Below are positions 48,885-58,243 of a stretch of DNA of 64,000 nucleotides, piece by piece (position 1 is the first letter of the stretch; every line of letters starts with the position of its first letter). This DNA comes from an uncultured Pseudomonadota bacterium (GTDB lineage: Bacteria; Pseudomonadota; Alphaproteobacteria; RF32; CAG-239): assembly GCA_949295005.1 (NCBI GenBank), contig CASFJL010000002.1, positions 21,507 through 85,506 on the forward strand, in the 5' to 3' direction. The notes beneath the pieces are model-generated. The model saw only the letters and a program-made list of their open reading frames with translations. It made no database searches and was not told the DNA's origin. The translations under genes were made by a program, and so were the position numbers.

Positions 48885-49934
48885 TTATATTCCTTTGGCG
48901 GATTTTATTGCTGCTTCAAGGCAACAAGGATAATTTTTCATTGTCCAATCGCCGATAACTTGAAAATTGGAAAAATCAGGATGATGAAAATTTGCGCGTA
49001 ATGCTTGGTTTTTTTCATCTTGTTTGATTGTGGCTTTTTTGTGCTTGATAATTTGGTAGGGTGGAAGAAATGCCGCCTGAATATGGTTTATTTGGCGAAT
49101 CTCTTGCCAAACTTTTCTTGCCAATTCATCATCTGAAAAATTGACTCCATTAGCATCTGATATGGTAACGCAGACAACGTCTTTGTTGATAAAAACCCAA
49201 TCAGCAATGGCATCTGATAGGCCGATAAACGGAATGTTTTTGGGCAGAGTTAATTCAACGCTTGTGCGATAAAAAATATTGATAATCGTGTTAAAATCAA
49301 ATTTCGGACCATTGAAAATTTTGTGATAATTGTGAGCATCAAGAGCTGAAATAACAATATCATTGTCATTTATTTTTACATTGTCTTTATTAAACAAAAG
49401 GCTACTTATTTTATTATCTTGGCTTTCGTATGATTTTAAGACCCAACCATATCTTATTTCATCTGCATATTTTTTTAAGGAATCAACTAAGTTTTGGCTT
49501 AAATCTCCATGAGAATAATACATTTTTGTTTGGAATGGTAAAAATGGGAAAAGCTTGAAAATTAGGCTTTTAATTAAGCTTTTAGAAATGTCTTGAGCAT
49601 TGGTGTTGAATATGGAACGCAAAATTAACGGAAGCTCAAGCCACGGAGAGGTATGGATTTTATCATTTTTCCAAAAATTTATTTTTTTGTGAAAGTCTTT
49701 TTGAAGAATAAGTTTGCGGCACTCTTTATTTGCGCCTAAAATTACATGTGTGGCGTTGTCTATATTTCTTTGTAGTTTGTCACTGTAAAAAGAATAGCAT
49801 CTCCCACCTACATGAGATGCTGCTTCATAAATAACAACATTTGCTTTGGTATTTTTTTGTTTGATAAACTTGGCGGCGGATAAACCTGAAATTCCACCAC
49901 CGATGATATGATATGTGGGTATTCTATTATCCAT
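48885..49934 (-). CDS. hpnE: HpnE-like FAD-dependent hydroxysqualene oxidoreductase (compact, 349 aa)
   Basis: Dinucleotide fold IIGGGISGLSAA...YEAASHVGGR. C-terminus GDWTMKNYPCCLEAAIKSA. Follows hpnC-hpnD. Confidence 0.75.
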   Translation of the reverse strand: MDNRIPTYHIIGGGISGLSAAKFIKQKNTKANVVIYEAASHVGGRCYSFYSDKLQRNIDNATHVILGANKECRKLILQKDFHKKINFWKNDKIHTSPWLELPLILRSIFNTNAQDISKSLIKSLIFKLFPFLPFQTKMYYSHGDLSQNLVDSLKKYADEIRYGWVLKSYESQDNKISSLLFNKDNVKINDNDIVISALDAHNYHKIFNGPKFDFNTIINIFYRTSVELTLPKNIPFIGLSDAIADWVFINKDVVCVTISDANGVNFSDDELARKVWQEIRQINHIQAAFLPPYQIIKHKKATIKQDEKNQALRANFHHPDFSNFQVIGDWTMKNYPCCLEAAIKSAKGI

Positions 49935-49935
49935 A

Positions 49936-50769
49936 TTATTTTTGCATAAAAGCTTTGAGCGCTAAAGAGAGTTTTTTGAATTTGCTGATTTGCGGTTTGG
50001 GAGAAATAATTTCCCAACCACGATTTTGCATAATATCAAAATAGTGTTTATAGATGTTGGCCATCATCAATACGGGACGAGTGATTTTTTTATCTAAGTT
50101 TTTGAGCAATTGATAAGAAACGGTATAATCTTCCGCGGCAATTTTTGCCAATTCTTCTCTGGCTTTGGCAAGGTTGGGGTGTACAACAACGCTTAAGGGG
50201 TCTGTTGTTGTGATACCGGCTTTTTCCAACATTTCTTTGGGAATGTATAGGCGTCCGGCCTGGGCGTCTTCTTTAACATCTCTTAAAATGTTGGTAATTT
50301 GCAAAGCATTGCCAAGCGTGGTGGAAAGTTTTTCAATTAAGGCTTCATCTTTAACGCCAAATATTCTTAATGAAAGATTTCCCGGAACACCTGCTACACC
50401 ACGGCAGTATTCATTAAATTGTTCCATGCTGGGGGCTCTTAACGGTGTGGGTAAATCCATAGAAATGCTGTTAATGAGGCGGACAAATTCTTCTTTAGGC
50501 AGCTTAAAACGCATACAGTTTTTATATATTTTGCGTCCGATTTCAGTTGCTGGAATTTTTTTATCATAAATGTTATTAATTTCTTGTTTCCATGCCTCAA
50601 TCAATTCTAATTTTTCAGAAACTTCTTTGTCTCCGTCAACAATATCATCAATATGTCTGCAAAAAGCATATATGGTATACATGGCATTTCTTTTGCCAAA
50701 AGGCAAAAAGCGCATGCTCCAAAAAAATGATGTTCCTGATTTTTTGACTATTCTTTTGATATTGTTCAT
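49936..50769 (-). CDS. hpnD: Presqualene diphosphate synthase HpnD (SQS/PSY family)
   Basis: SFFWSMRFLPFGKRNAMYTIYAFCRHIDDIVD and NILRDVKEDAQAGRLYIP. Confidence 0.85.
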   Translation of the reverse strand: MNNIKRIVKKSGTSFFWSMRFLPFGKRNAMYTIYAFCRHIDDIVDGDKEVSEKLELIEAWKQEINNIYDKKIPATEIGRKIYKNCMRFKLPKEEFVRLINSISMDLPTPLRAPSMEQFNEYCRGVAGVPGNLSLRIFGVKDEALIEKLSTTLGNALQITNILRDVKEDAQAGRLYIPKEMLEKAGITTTDPLSVVVHPNLAKAREELAKIAAEDYTVSYQLLKNLDKKITRPVLMMANIYKHYFDIMQNRGWEIISPKPQISKFKKLSLALKAFMQK

Positions 50770-50781
50770 TTTTATACTTTC

Positions 50782-51633
50782 TTAAGGCAAGGTTTTCTTC
50801 TTAGTGGTTAATCCTTTGAATATTCCGCTAAATATGGCGACAAGCCAATCAATTTTAGATAATTTGATTTCTTTGGCCAAAATATCTTTCTTTAATAACT
50901 TTTTTACCATAATATTGGTTAAAGAAAGGATAATACATACTTCAATACGCAAACTTGTACTCTTGATGATTGGCGGTAAGAGGTTGCCTTCTTTTATTAA
51001 ACCTTTAGTTAAATTCATCAAGTGTTCAACGGCTTTTTTGATATTTAAGTTTGATTTTTCTTTTAAGATATCTTCAGATGTAATATGATATTTTTTCATG
51101 ATATCTTTGGGAAGATATAATCTTTTAAGCAGCATATAATCATATTTTAAGTCTTGAACGTGGTTGACGATTTGTAAAGCTACGCACAATGATGTTGCCG
51201 GAAGGTAAGTTGCTTTGTTTTCTTGGTGAATGGCAAGCATAAATTTGCCGACAGGTGCGGCGGAATATTTGCAATAATTGACCAATTGATCCCATGTCTT
51301 ATATTCAAAACCTAAAGCATCTTGCCGGAAGGCAATTAATAAATCGGTTGCAAGATTGTCTGAAAGCTGAAATTCATCAAATTTTTGCTTGAGTTCCTTA
51401 ACAAACTTTAATTTTTGCCCATGATATTTTTTGTTTTTGGTAAAAATATCTTCCAGTTCTCTTAATTTGTTGATTTTTTGTTCTGAAGAGATATTCGGGT
51501 TATCTGCAATATCATCGGCATAGCGGGCAAATTGATAATAATTTCCCACGATGTTTCTGAGCTTTTGTTGAAACATCATCATTCCAACCGGAAAATTTTC
51601 CTGATACTTATTTTTGTGGCGCAATTTTAGCAT
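50782..51633 (-). CDS. hpnC: Hydroxysqualene synthase HpnC (SQS/PSY family)
   Basis: N-terminal ENFPV motif, then [13 protein letters not shown] and [10 protein letters not shown]. Confidence 0.8.
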   Translation of the reverse strand: MLKLRHKNKYQENFPVGMMMFQQKLRNIVGNYYQFARYADDIADNPNISSEQKINKLRELEDIFTKNKKYHGQKLKFVKELKQKFDEFQLSDNLATDLLIAFRQDALGFEYKTWDQLVNYCKYSAAPVGKFMLAIHQENKATYLPATSLCVALQIVNHVQDLKYDYMLLKRLYLPKDIMKKYHITSEDILKEKSNLNIKKAVEHLMNLTKGLIKEGNLLPPIIKSTSLRIEVCIILSLTNIMVKKLLKKDILAKEIKLSKIDWLVAIFSGIFKGLTTKKKTLP

Positions 51634-52985
51634 TTTTCTATCTCTTTAAGCCATGTTTCCAACTCTTGCAGAGCTCTTTGCGAATAAGCTTTCTTCCTAT
51701 CCATTCCTTTTATTTTGCGGAATTTTCCGTTAGAGGTTCGTTCTCCGCTGATGGTTGGAAAAATGCCAAAATTAATGTTCATCGGTTGAAAGTCTTCAAT
51801 ATTTGTATCATCAATCAAGTGGTTGAGCATGGAGCCGAAAGCGGTGTTTCTAGGTGGTAGGACAGGTGTTTTGCCTTGAATTTGACAAGCCGTAAAATAT
51901 CCGGCTAAAAAGCCTACGCTTGCACTTTCAATATAACCTTCACATCCGGTAATTTGTCCGGCAAATCGGATATTTGGACGTTTTTTTAAGCGCAGATAAG
52001 AATCCAAAAGAATCGGACTTTTGATGAAAGTATTTTTATGAATGCCTCCCAAACGCGCAAATTGTGCGTTTTCTAGCCCCGGAATCATTCTAAAAATGCG
52101 TTGTTGTTCTCCATATTTTAATTTGGTTTGAAAACCAACCATATTTCTCAAGGTATCTTCTTTATTATCTTGTCTTAATTGAACAACGGCATAGGGTTTT
52201 TCTTCTGAGTGCGGGTTGGTTAGACCAATGGGTTTCATTGGACCGTAAGTAAGCGTTTCATCTCCTCTTTCAGCCATAACTTCTATGGGTAAACATCCTT
52301 CAAAATATTGAACATTTTCCCATTCATGAAACTCAACTTTTTCACCGTTTTTAAGCTCTTGAACAAAAGCATAATATTGCTCTTTATTCATGGGACAATT
52401 GATATAGTCAAACTTGTTGCCTTTGTCATATCTGGATTGGTACCATGCTTTGCTAAAGTCTATACTGTCTTTATAAACAACAGGGGCAATAGCATCAAAA
52501 AAAGACAAAGTTTCATCATCTACAAATTTGAGCAAGTCTTGAGCTAATTTTTCTGATGTCAAAGGTCCTGTGGCGATGATTACGTCGCCAAAGTCTTCTT
52601 CGGGGAGTTTGGTTAATTCTTCATAAACAACTTCTATATTGGGATGATTTTTGATTTTTTTTGTAACAAGTTCCGAAAAAGCTTCTCTATCAACGGCTAA
52701 TGCTCCTCCTGCCGGAACTTGTGTCTCATCCGCGCATTGCATAATTAATGAGCCGGCTCTTCTCATTTCTTCATGCATTAAGCCAACGGCGTTATGCTCG
52801 GCATCGTCCGAACGAAAAGAGTTTGAACAGACAAGTTCGGCAAAGTTTTGCGTTTTGTGAGCCGGAGAAAAGTTATGCGGGCGCATTTCATGCAAAATGA
52901 CTTTTACACCCCTTTGGGCTGCTTGCCATGCGGCTTCACTTCCGGCTAATCCGGCGCCATATATGTGTATTTGTTTTTTATCCAT
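51627..52985 (-). CDS. trmFO: Methylenetetrahydrofolate--tRNA-(uracil54-C5)-methyltransferase TrmFO
   Basis: [51 protein letters not shown]. Overlaps hpnC by 7 nt. Confidence 0.94.
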   Translation of the reverse strand: MDKKQIHIYGAGLAGSEAAWQAAQRGVKVILHEMRPHNFSPAHKTQNFAELVCSNSFRSDDAEHNAVGLMHEEMRRAGSLIMQCADETQVPAGGALAVDREAFSELVTKKIKNHPNIEVVYEELTKLPEEDFGDVIIATGPLTSEKLAQDLLKFVDDETLSFFDAIAPVVYKDSIDFSKAWYQSRYDKGNKFDYINCPMNKEQYYAFVQELKNGEKVEFHEWENVQYFEGCLPIEVMAERGDETLTYGPMKPIGLTNPHSEEKPYAVVQLRQDNKEDTLRNMVGFQTKLKYGEQQRIFRMIPGLENAQFARLGGIHKNTFIKSPILLDSYLRLKKRPNIRFAGQITGCEGYIESASVGFLAGYFTACQIQGKTPVLPPRNTAFGSMLNHLIDDTNIEDFQPMNINFGIFPTISGERTSNGKFRKIKGMDRKKAYSQRALQELETWLKEIEKC

Positions 52986-53139
52986 ATTTTTATCCTGTTA
53001 TAAATTCTTAATTTCTTTATATGGAATGAGATTGAAAAAGTAAATATAAAACTTCTTTTGATAAATATGTAGAAATGTTTGATATCTGATTTTATAAGCG
53101 TTATGATGTCAGAAAATACTGTGAGAAAGAGTTTTTTAT

Positions 53140-54150
53140 ATGAAAATTGTTTGGTTGAGTTTGTTTGTTTTTTCTTTGTCTTCCCTAGCATTTGATGCTT
53201 GGGGACAAACTCCTACCGACCTTACTTTTGATCAGATGCCTAATTTGCGCCCCATTGCTCAAAATGCTCCTGCAAGCAATAATGAAACTATGCGCTTAAA
53301 TTTGCCAAAACCTAATCAAAATGCAGATTTTGCTACCACAATTGAAACAGATAGTTTATCTGAAACATTGAAAAATCAACCCAAGCAAGAACTGAATGGT
53401 GTTGATGTGGCTGATGAAGCTGAAACTTGGGTTGGAAAATTGGCAAAATCAGCTCCTGAAAAAATATCAGAATTAAAATCTTCTGTGGAATCCGGCTCTG
53501 ATGAAAATTTATTGAAATTGGTTGAAAACAGCAAACAATCTATCGGGCGTTCTAATGCTTCTGTTTTTGATATCTCCGGCGTGATGTTGCGCATGAATTT
53601 GACTCAGGCTGAAAAAGCTATGTTGAGCAGAGGTTTTAAATTGATTTCTAAAAAAATGGAAATCCCTAACTTTATAAAATGGCGTAATGAAGAAAAATGC
53701 AGAGGAAATGGTGTGGTCGGCTATGAAAGATTGGCTAATTGCGTGCTTGAATATGCCAAAAAACAAAATCATCAATATACAGAAACCGCAAAATTTTCTA
53801 AGTTTGAAACAAAAGAAGAAGTTGAAATCAGATTAACATCTAATTTTACGGGGAATAAGGTTTATAAAATTGTTTATAAAAGTATGACACCTAAGGTTAA
53901 TGGAAGTGGTTTGAAAGCTGCTTATTTACATAATATTAAAGTTTTTGATTTTTGGAAAAAAGTTAATCAAAAATATGGAACTCCCGATGATAAAAACAAC
54001 GTGATTTGGGGATTGGGAATGAATAAACCTTATTTGAAAGCTTCAACAGGTTTTTTGTTGTTGGAAGATCCTATGCTTAGAGAATTGGATTATACTAGAA
54101 TGTCTCGAGAAGATCAGAGATTTATGAATACGGATTTATATAGTTTTTAA
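53140..54150 (+). CDS. Hypothetical secreted protein (336 aa)
   Basis: Signal peptide MKIVWLSLFVFSLSSLAFDAWGQ. No domain recognised. Ends 6 nt before chpT. Confidence 0.55.
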   Translation: MKIVWLSLFVFSLSSLAFDAWGQTPTDLTFDQMPNLRPIAQNAPASNNETMRLNLPKPNQNADFATTIETDSLSETLKNQPKQELNGVDVADEAETWVGKLAKSAPEKISELKSSVESGSDENLLKLVENSKQSIGRSNASVFDISGVMLRMNLTQAEKAMLSRGFKLISKKMEIPNFIKWRNEEKCRGNGVVGYERLANCVLEYAKKQNHQYTETAKFSKFETKEEVEIRLTSNFTGNKVYKIVYKSMTPKVNGSGLKAAYLHNIKVFDFWKKVNQKYGTPDDKNNVIWGLGMNKPYLKASTGFLLLEDPMLRELDYTRMSREDQRFMNTDLYSF

Positions 54151-54156
54151 GGTGGT

Positions 54157-54762
54157 ATGATGAACGAAACTCAATTGTCTGAACTTATTTGCACCAGATT
54201 AAGTCATGATTTAATCGGAAATATTGGGGCTGTGGCTAATGCCGTGGAATTACTCGAAGAAGGAGATTTGGACTTTTTAGACGATATTAAATCAATTTTG
54301 AATTTTAGCTCTAAAACTTTGTCTGCCAGAATGAAGTTTTTTAGAATGGCTTTTGGTTTGACCAATGCAAATTTGGATGATGTGAATATGGTCAATAAAA
54401 CAATTCAGGATTATGTGGCAACACTGGGTAATAAAAATTTTCCGATTGAAGTTTGTTTTGAGGCTTATTCTACAAAATATTCTCGAATTGTGATGTTATT
54501 GGTTATGATTTTGGCTGATATGTTTATTAAAGGTGGAAAAATTTTGGTTAAAGAGCAAAATTGTAAACTATTTGTTAATAATTCTGATGTATCTACAATC
54601 TCTCCGCAAAAATATAAATCTATTTTGGCGGTCCTTTCCGGAGAGGAGGAAGAATACCTCGCTCAATTCGCTCCGATTTTTTATCTTAGAAAGCTTGTTG
54701 AAAAATCTGACATGGTTCTCCATTTGTCTGAAAATGGAAATTTTGTATTGGAATTAATGTAG
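54157..54762 (+). CDS. chpT: ChpT-family histidine phosphotransferase
   Basis: ICTRLSHDLIGNIGAVANAVELLEE matches the ChpT phospho-His helix (R-x-x-H-D-L-x-x-P/N-x-G-A-x-x-N-x-x-E-L-L). About 200 aa with a degenerate HATPase-like C-terminal half. Confidence 0.75.
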   Translation: MMNETQLSELICTRLSHDLIGNIGAVANAVELLEEGDLDFLDDIKSILNFSSKTLSARMKFFRMAFGLTNANLDDVNMVNKTIQDYVATLGNKNFPIEVCFEAYSTKYSRIVMLLVMILADMFIKGGKILVKEQNCKLFVNNSDVSTISPQKYKSILAVLSGEEEEYLAQFAPIFYLRKLVEKSDMVLHLSENGNFVLELM

Positions 54763-54771
54763 GATAAAAAT

Positions 54772-55137
54772 ATGGCAACTTGTTTGATAGCTGATGATTC
54801 TAAAATTATTCGCATGGTCTTGTCTAAGATTATGGGAAATTTAGGCTTTGATGTTATTGAAGCCGAAGACGGTGATGATGTTATTGAACAATGGAAAAAA
54901 ACTCCTCTTGAACTTGTGATTATGGATTGGAGATTGCCGGTAATGGAGGGTATTGATGTCCTATATATGATTAGATCTTCTACAAAAATGCAACAGCCAA
55001 AAATTTTGTTTTGCTCTTCCTTAATTGAAGAAAACAAAATAAGAGAAGCTTTGCAAGGCGGCGCTGATGATTATATTATGAAGCCCTTTGATGAAGAAAT
55101 TATTGAAAATAAAATTTCAATGCTTGGCTTGATATAG
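54772..55137 (+). CDS. Single-domain CheY-like response regulator
   Basis: ADDS acidic pocket, phospho-acceptor in VIMDWRLP, conserved S in FCSS, K in IMKPF. 121 aa. Confidence 0.9.
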   Translation: MATCLIADDSKIIRMVLSKIMGNLGFDVIEAEDGDDVIEQWKKTPLELVIMDWRLPVMEGIDVLYMIRSSTKMQQPKILFCSSLIEENKIREALQGGADDYIMKPFDEEIIENKISMLGLI

Positions 55138-55146
55138 GAGGTTTTT

Positions 55147-56088
55147 ATGAGAAAATATGATTTTGATTTCTTGATTGATCTTTTATATAAGCATGCCGGT
55201 TGGAATTTTTCTGAAAAAGAATATTTTTCTATTGATAAAAAAATTTCTAATTTTATCAGAGAAAAAGGTTTTGCCTCAGTTGAAGATTTGATTCTTGAAC
55301 TCAAAAAAGGCTCTAAGGTTGTAACATCTCAAGTGATTGAATGTCTTGCTTTTGCTGATACCCGTTTTTTTAGAGATTATGAGGTCTTTAATCAATTTGA
55401 AGAATATGTTTTGCCAATGCTTAAAGAAACTAATCGTAATTTGAAAAAATTGCGTATTTTAAGTTTGGGATGTTCTACCGGACAAGAAGTATATTCTATT
55501 GCTATTTTGGTTAATAAAGTTTTGGGTTTGAGTGATTGGCAGATTGATATTATCGGTACGGATTTGTGTTTTAATGCAATATCTCAAGCTCAACGTGGCG
55601 TGTATGACCAATTTGAAATCCAAAATGGTATGAACGCCGGTGTGATGATTGATAATTTTACTCTTGATGGAACTTCTTGGAAGGTGAATGATAATATTAA
55701 AAATATGGTGACTTTCAGACAATATAATTTGTTGGATGAAGCAACTTTTAAAGAAGAGTTTGATGTTATTTTTTGCCGCAATGTCTTGCGCTTTTTTACT
55801 CCAGAAATACAAAAAAAATTATGTGAAAAAATTTATGCAATGCAAGTAAAAGGTGGTTTTTTGTATGTTGGTAAAGGGGAAAAAATACCTGCTTTGAAAG
55901 ATTTTTATTCTCCCATTAACGGAATGTCTTGCACGTTTCAATATAAACAAAATGCGAATGTTTCTCCAGAAAACAAAAGTATTTATAACTCTGAGGATAT
56001 TCCGGCTAATGATGATATGCCTCATTTTGTACGTCCAGTTTCTCTTTCCGGACAGCATCCTATTATGGCGGATGTTTTAAGAAAATAA
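55147..56088 (+). CDS. cheR: CheR-type protein-glutamate O-methyltransferase
   Basis: TRFFRDYEVFNQFEEYVLP, SAM site RILSLGCSTGQEVYSIAILV, IFCRNVLRFF. Confidence 0.88.
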   Translation: MRKYDFDFLIDLLYKHAGWNFSEKEYFSIDKKISNFIREKGFASVEDLILELKKGSKVVTSQVIECLAFADTRFFRDYEVFNQFEEYVLPMLKETNRNLKKLRILSLGCSTGQEVYSIAILVNKVLGLSDWQIDIIGTDLCFNAISQAQRGVYDQFEIQNGMNAGVMIDNFTLDGTSWKVNDNIKNMVTFRQYNLLDEATFKEEFDVIFCRNVLRFFTPEIQKKLCEKIYAMQVKGGFLYVGKGEKIPALKDFYSPINGMSCTFQYKQNANVSPENKSIYNSEDIPANDDMPHFVRPVSLSGQHPIMADVLRK

Positions 56089-56202
56089 TAGATTTTTTTC
56101 TTCAAAAAAATTTTCAGGATTTCTTTATTGACTATGATTAAATAAAAATATATGCTGAGCTTCAATTGGCTAATATTATGTTTAATCATTAATTTTTTTA
56201 TT

Positions 56203-56613
56203 ATGAAAAAAATTCCATTGTTTTTAATGGTTGCAAGTTTGTCATTATTTCTTTCTGCTTGTTATTCAAAGCCTTCTTTGCCGCAAAATCCTAAAAACGG
56301 AGAAGAAAAAATTGATGAGCAGGGAAATAAGTGGGTTTATAATGACACTGGTGGTTATTGGATGCTTTATTCTATGATGAATGGAGCGTTGAATAATTCT
56401 TCTTCTTATCGGTATTATCCTTCTAGCGGAAGCTGGACAAATAATAACGGAGTGACCGTAAATCCGCCTCAAAATGTTTCTCAGTCTTTTTATCAGAAGC
56501 CTTCGATTAAGCCGAATTCTTCTGGAAATAGTGCTGTTCGTTCTTCTGGAAAATCTTCTTCCGGAAAAGTTTTTAGTGGTGGTGTTCGTTCGTCTCGCTC
56601 TTTTGGAGCTTAA
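56203..56613 (+). CDS. Hypothetical lipoprotein, Ser-rich C-terminus
   Basis: MKKIPLFLMVASLSLFLSAC lipobox. Start moved to the ATG at 56203. Confidence 0.6.
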   Translation: MKKIPLFLMVASLSLFLSACYSKPSLPQNPKNGEEKIDEQGNKWVYNDTGGYWMLYSMMNGALNNSSSYRYYPSSGSWTNNNGVTVNPPQNVSQSFYQKPSIKPNSSGNSAVRSSGKSSSGKVFSGGVRSSRSFGA

Positions 56614-56631
56614 ATTTTAAATATTAAGTCT

Positions 56632-57735
56632 ATGGAAAGAAAAACTATTTTACCACGTAAAGATTATGCCGAAAAAGTCAAAAATCTTGGGTTGAGTTTT
56701 CATAAAGATTATTGGCTTGAAAACGCTTATTATGTTTTATCTAATGATGAGGTTGCAACCTTAGAGATAGCTACAAAAAAATGTTATGAAATATATTGCG
56801 CGGCAGTTGAAGCTTGCTTATATGATGAGCAAAAGCTCAATTTGCTTAAAATTCCTTTAGAAATTCGCGATGCTGTCAGACGCTCATGGGAAGAAGATGA
56901 TTTGTCTTTGTATGGTCGCTTTGATTTTGCTTTAATTAACGGCGTGCCAAAACTTCTGGAGTTTAATGCCGATACACCGACAACTCTTTTGGAAAGCGCT
57001 GTTATACAATGGCAATGGAAAGAAGAGAGATTTCCTAATGCAGATCAGTTTAACTCAATTCATGAGGCTTTGATTCAATCTTGGGTAGATATTCATAAAA
57101 TATATAAGTGTGAACAATATTTTTTCTCATCTATCACGGATTGTGAGGAAGATAATATAACTATGGATTATATTTTGGAAACGGCCAAACAAGCGGGTTT
57201 GAATGTAGCAGAAATGGATATTCGCGATATTGAACTTAATAATGGTTCTTTATATTGCGGGGGTGAGCCGATAAACTGTATGTTTAAGCTTTATCCATGG
57301 GAGTTTATGTTTGAGAAATCTTTAGATGGCTGTCAGACCGAAATGTGTTGGATTGAGCCATTGTGGAAATCTTTGATGAGCAATAAGGCTATGTTGCCTA
57401 TTTTGTATGAAATATTTCCTAATAATGAGTATATTTTGCCGGCTTTTTTTGATAAGAACTCTTTATCTTCTTATTGTAAAAAACCAATTTTTTCCAGAGA
57501 AGGTTCTAATATTGAGCTTATTTGTTATGGAAATTGTTTGGAAAAAACAGACGGAGAATATGGTCAAGAGGGATATATTTACCAAGAGTTTGTCAATTTG
57601 CCAAACTATCAAGGAAAATATCCGATTTTAGGAAGCTGGGTGATTGGTGGTGAAGCCTGTGGTTTGGGTATTCGTGAATCTGATACCAGAATCACAAGAA
57701 ACATGGCAAATTTTGTGCCGCATATCATTCTTTAA
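56632..57735 (+). CDS. Glutathionylspermidine synthase family protein (YgiC/YjfC-like ATP-grasp)
   Basis: YGRFDFALINGVPKLLEFNADTPTTLLESAVIQWQW and PILGSWVIGGEACGLGIRE. Confidence 0.85.
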   Translation: MERKTILPRKDYAEKVKNLGLSFHKDYWLENAYYVLSNDEVATLEIATKKCYEIYCAAVEACLYDEQKLNLLKIPLEIRDAVRRSWEEDDLSLYGRFDFALINGVPKLLEFNADTPTTLLESAVIQWQWKEERFPNADQFNSIHEALIQSWVDIHKIYKCEQYFFSSITDCEEDNITMDYILETAKQAGLNVAEMDIRDIELNNGSLYCGGEPINCMFKLYPWEFMFEKSLDGCQTEMCWIEPLWKSLMSNKAMLPILYEIFPNNEYILPAFFDKNSLSSYCKKPIFSREGSNIELICYGNCLEKTDGEYGQEGYIYQEFVNLPNYQGKYPILGSWVIGGEACGLGIRESDTRITRNMANFVPHIIL

Positions 57736-57738
57736 AAT

Positions 57739-57776
57739 AAAAAACGCTACCTATGTTAAATAGATAGCGTTTTTTT
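57739..57776. terminator. Bidirectional rho-independent terminator (overlaps the 3' codons of the minus-strand HAD gene)
   Basis: 10-bp stem with one mismatch (cgctacctat/atagatagcg), flanking A and T runs. Confidence 0.6.
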
Positions 57777-58232
57777 GTTGTTAATATGTTGTTTAAGCTG
57801 CTCAATAGTTTCATTGGCAGATTTGTGCAGTATGCCAATCCCTCCCATTTTTTGCCAATTTTGAATGTTGTTTTTTCTATCATCTATCAGGATGTCTTTG
57901 GCACAGCCATAATTTGGTTTATCTTTGCTTAAACAGCAAATAATATTATGTTCTTTGTTGTAATGTTTTTTTAACCAAGCTTTTTTTTCTTTTTCTGCTT
58001 TATCAAAACCATAAGAAGGAAGACCGGTTAAAATTGTATATCCGGTTTGATTTAAAAAGTTAACCAATATATCTGCATCTGCTGTTTTGGGTAGGTTTAG
58101 CCAATAATCTTTTGTTTGCAGAACGGTTTCCCATAAATCTTGTTTGGAAATTTCAAATGGAAATATGCCATATTTTTTTTTGAAATATCCGTCAAAATCA
58201 ACCAAAACACCGTCCATATCGCAAAATATCAT
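57756..58232 (-). CDS. HAD-superfamily phosphatase, 5'(3')-deoxyribonucleotidase-like
   Basis: N-terminal DxDx motif MIFCDMDGVLVDF and distal ILIDDR. 158 aa. Confidence 0.7.
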   Translation of the reverse strand: MIFCDMDGVLVDFDGYFKKKYGIFPFEISKQDLWETVLQTKDYWLNLPKTADADILVNFLNQTGYTILTGLPSYGFDKAEKEKKAWLKKHYNKEHNIICCLSKDKPNYGCAKDILIDDRKNNIQNWQKMGGIGILHKSANETIEQLKQHINNKKTLSI

Positions 58233-58243
58233 TTATTTTTCCT

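Noticed and set aside
48885-51633. Alternative reading as carotenoid genes (crtB/crtI)
   Set aside because: Two adjacent SQS/PSY paralogues, one carrying the ENFPV motif, followed by an FAD oxidase form the hpnC-hpnD-hpnE pattern rather than crtB-crtI. No other crt genes are present.
54772-55137. Naming the single-domain receiver CpdR
   Set aside because: Adjacency to ChpT is suggestive, but a 121-aa receiver cannot be assigned to CpdR, CheY or DivK without phylogeny.
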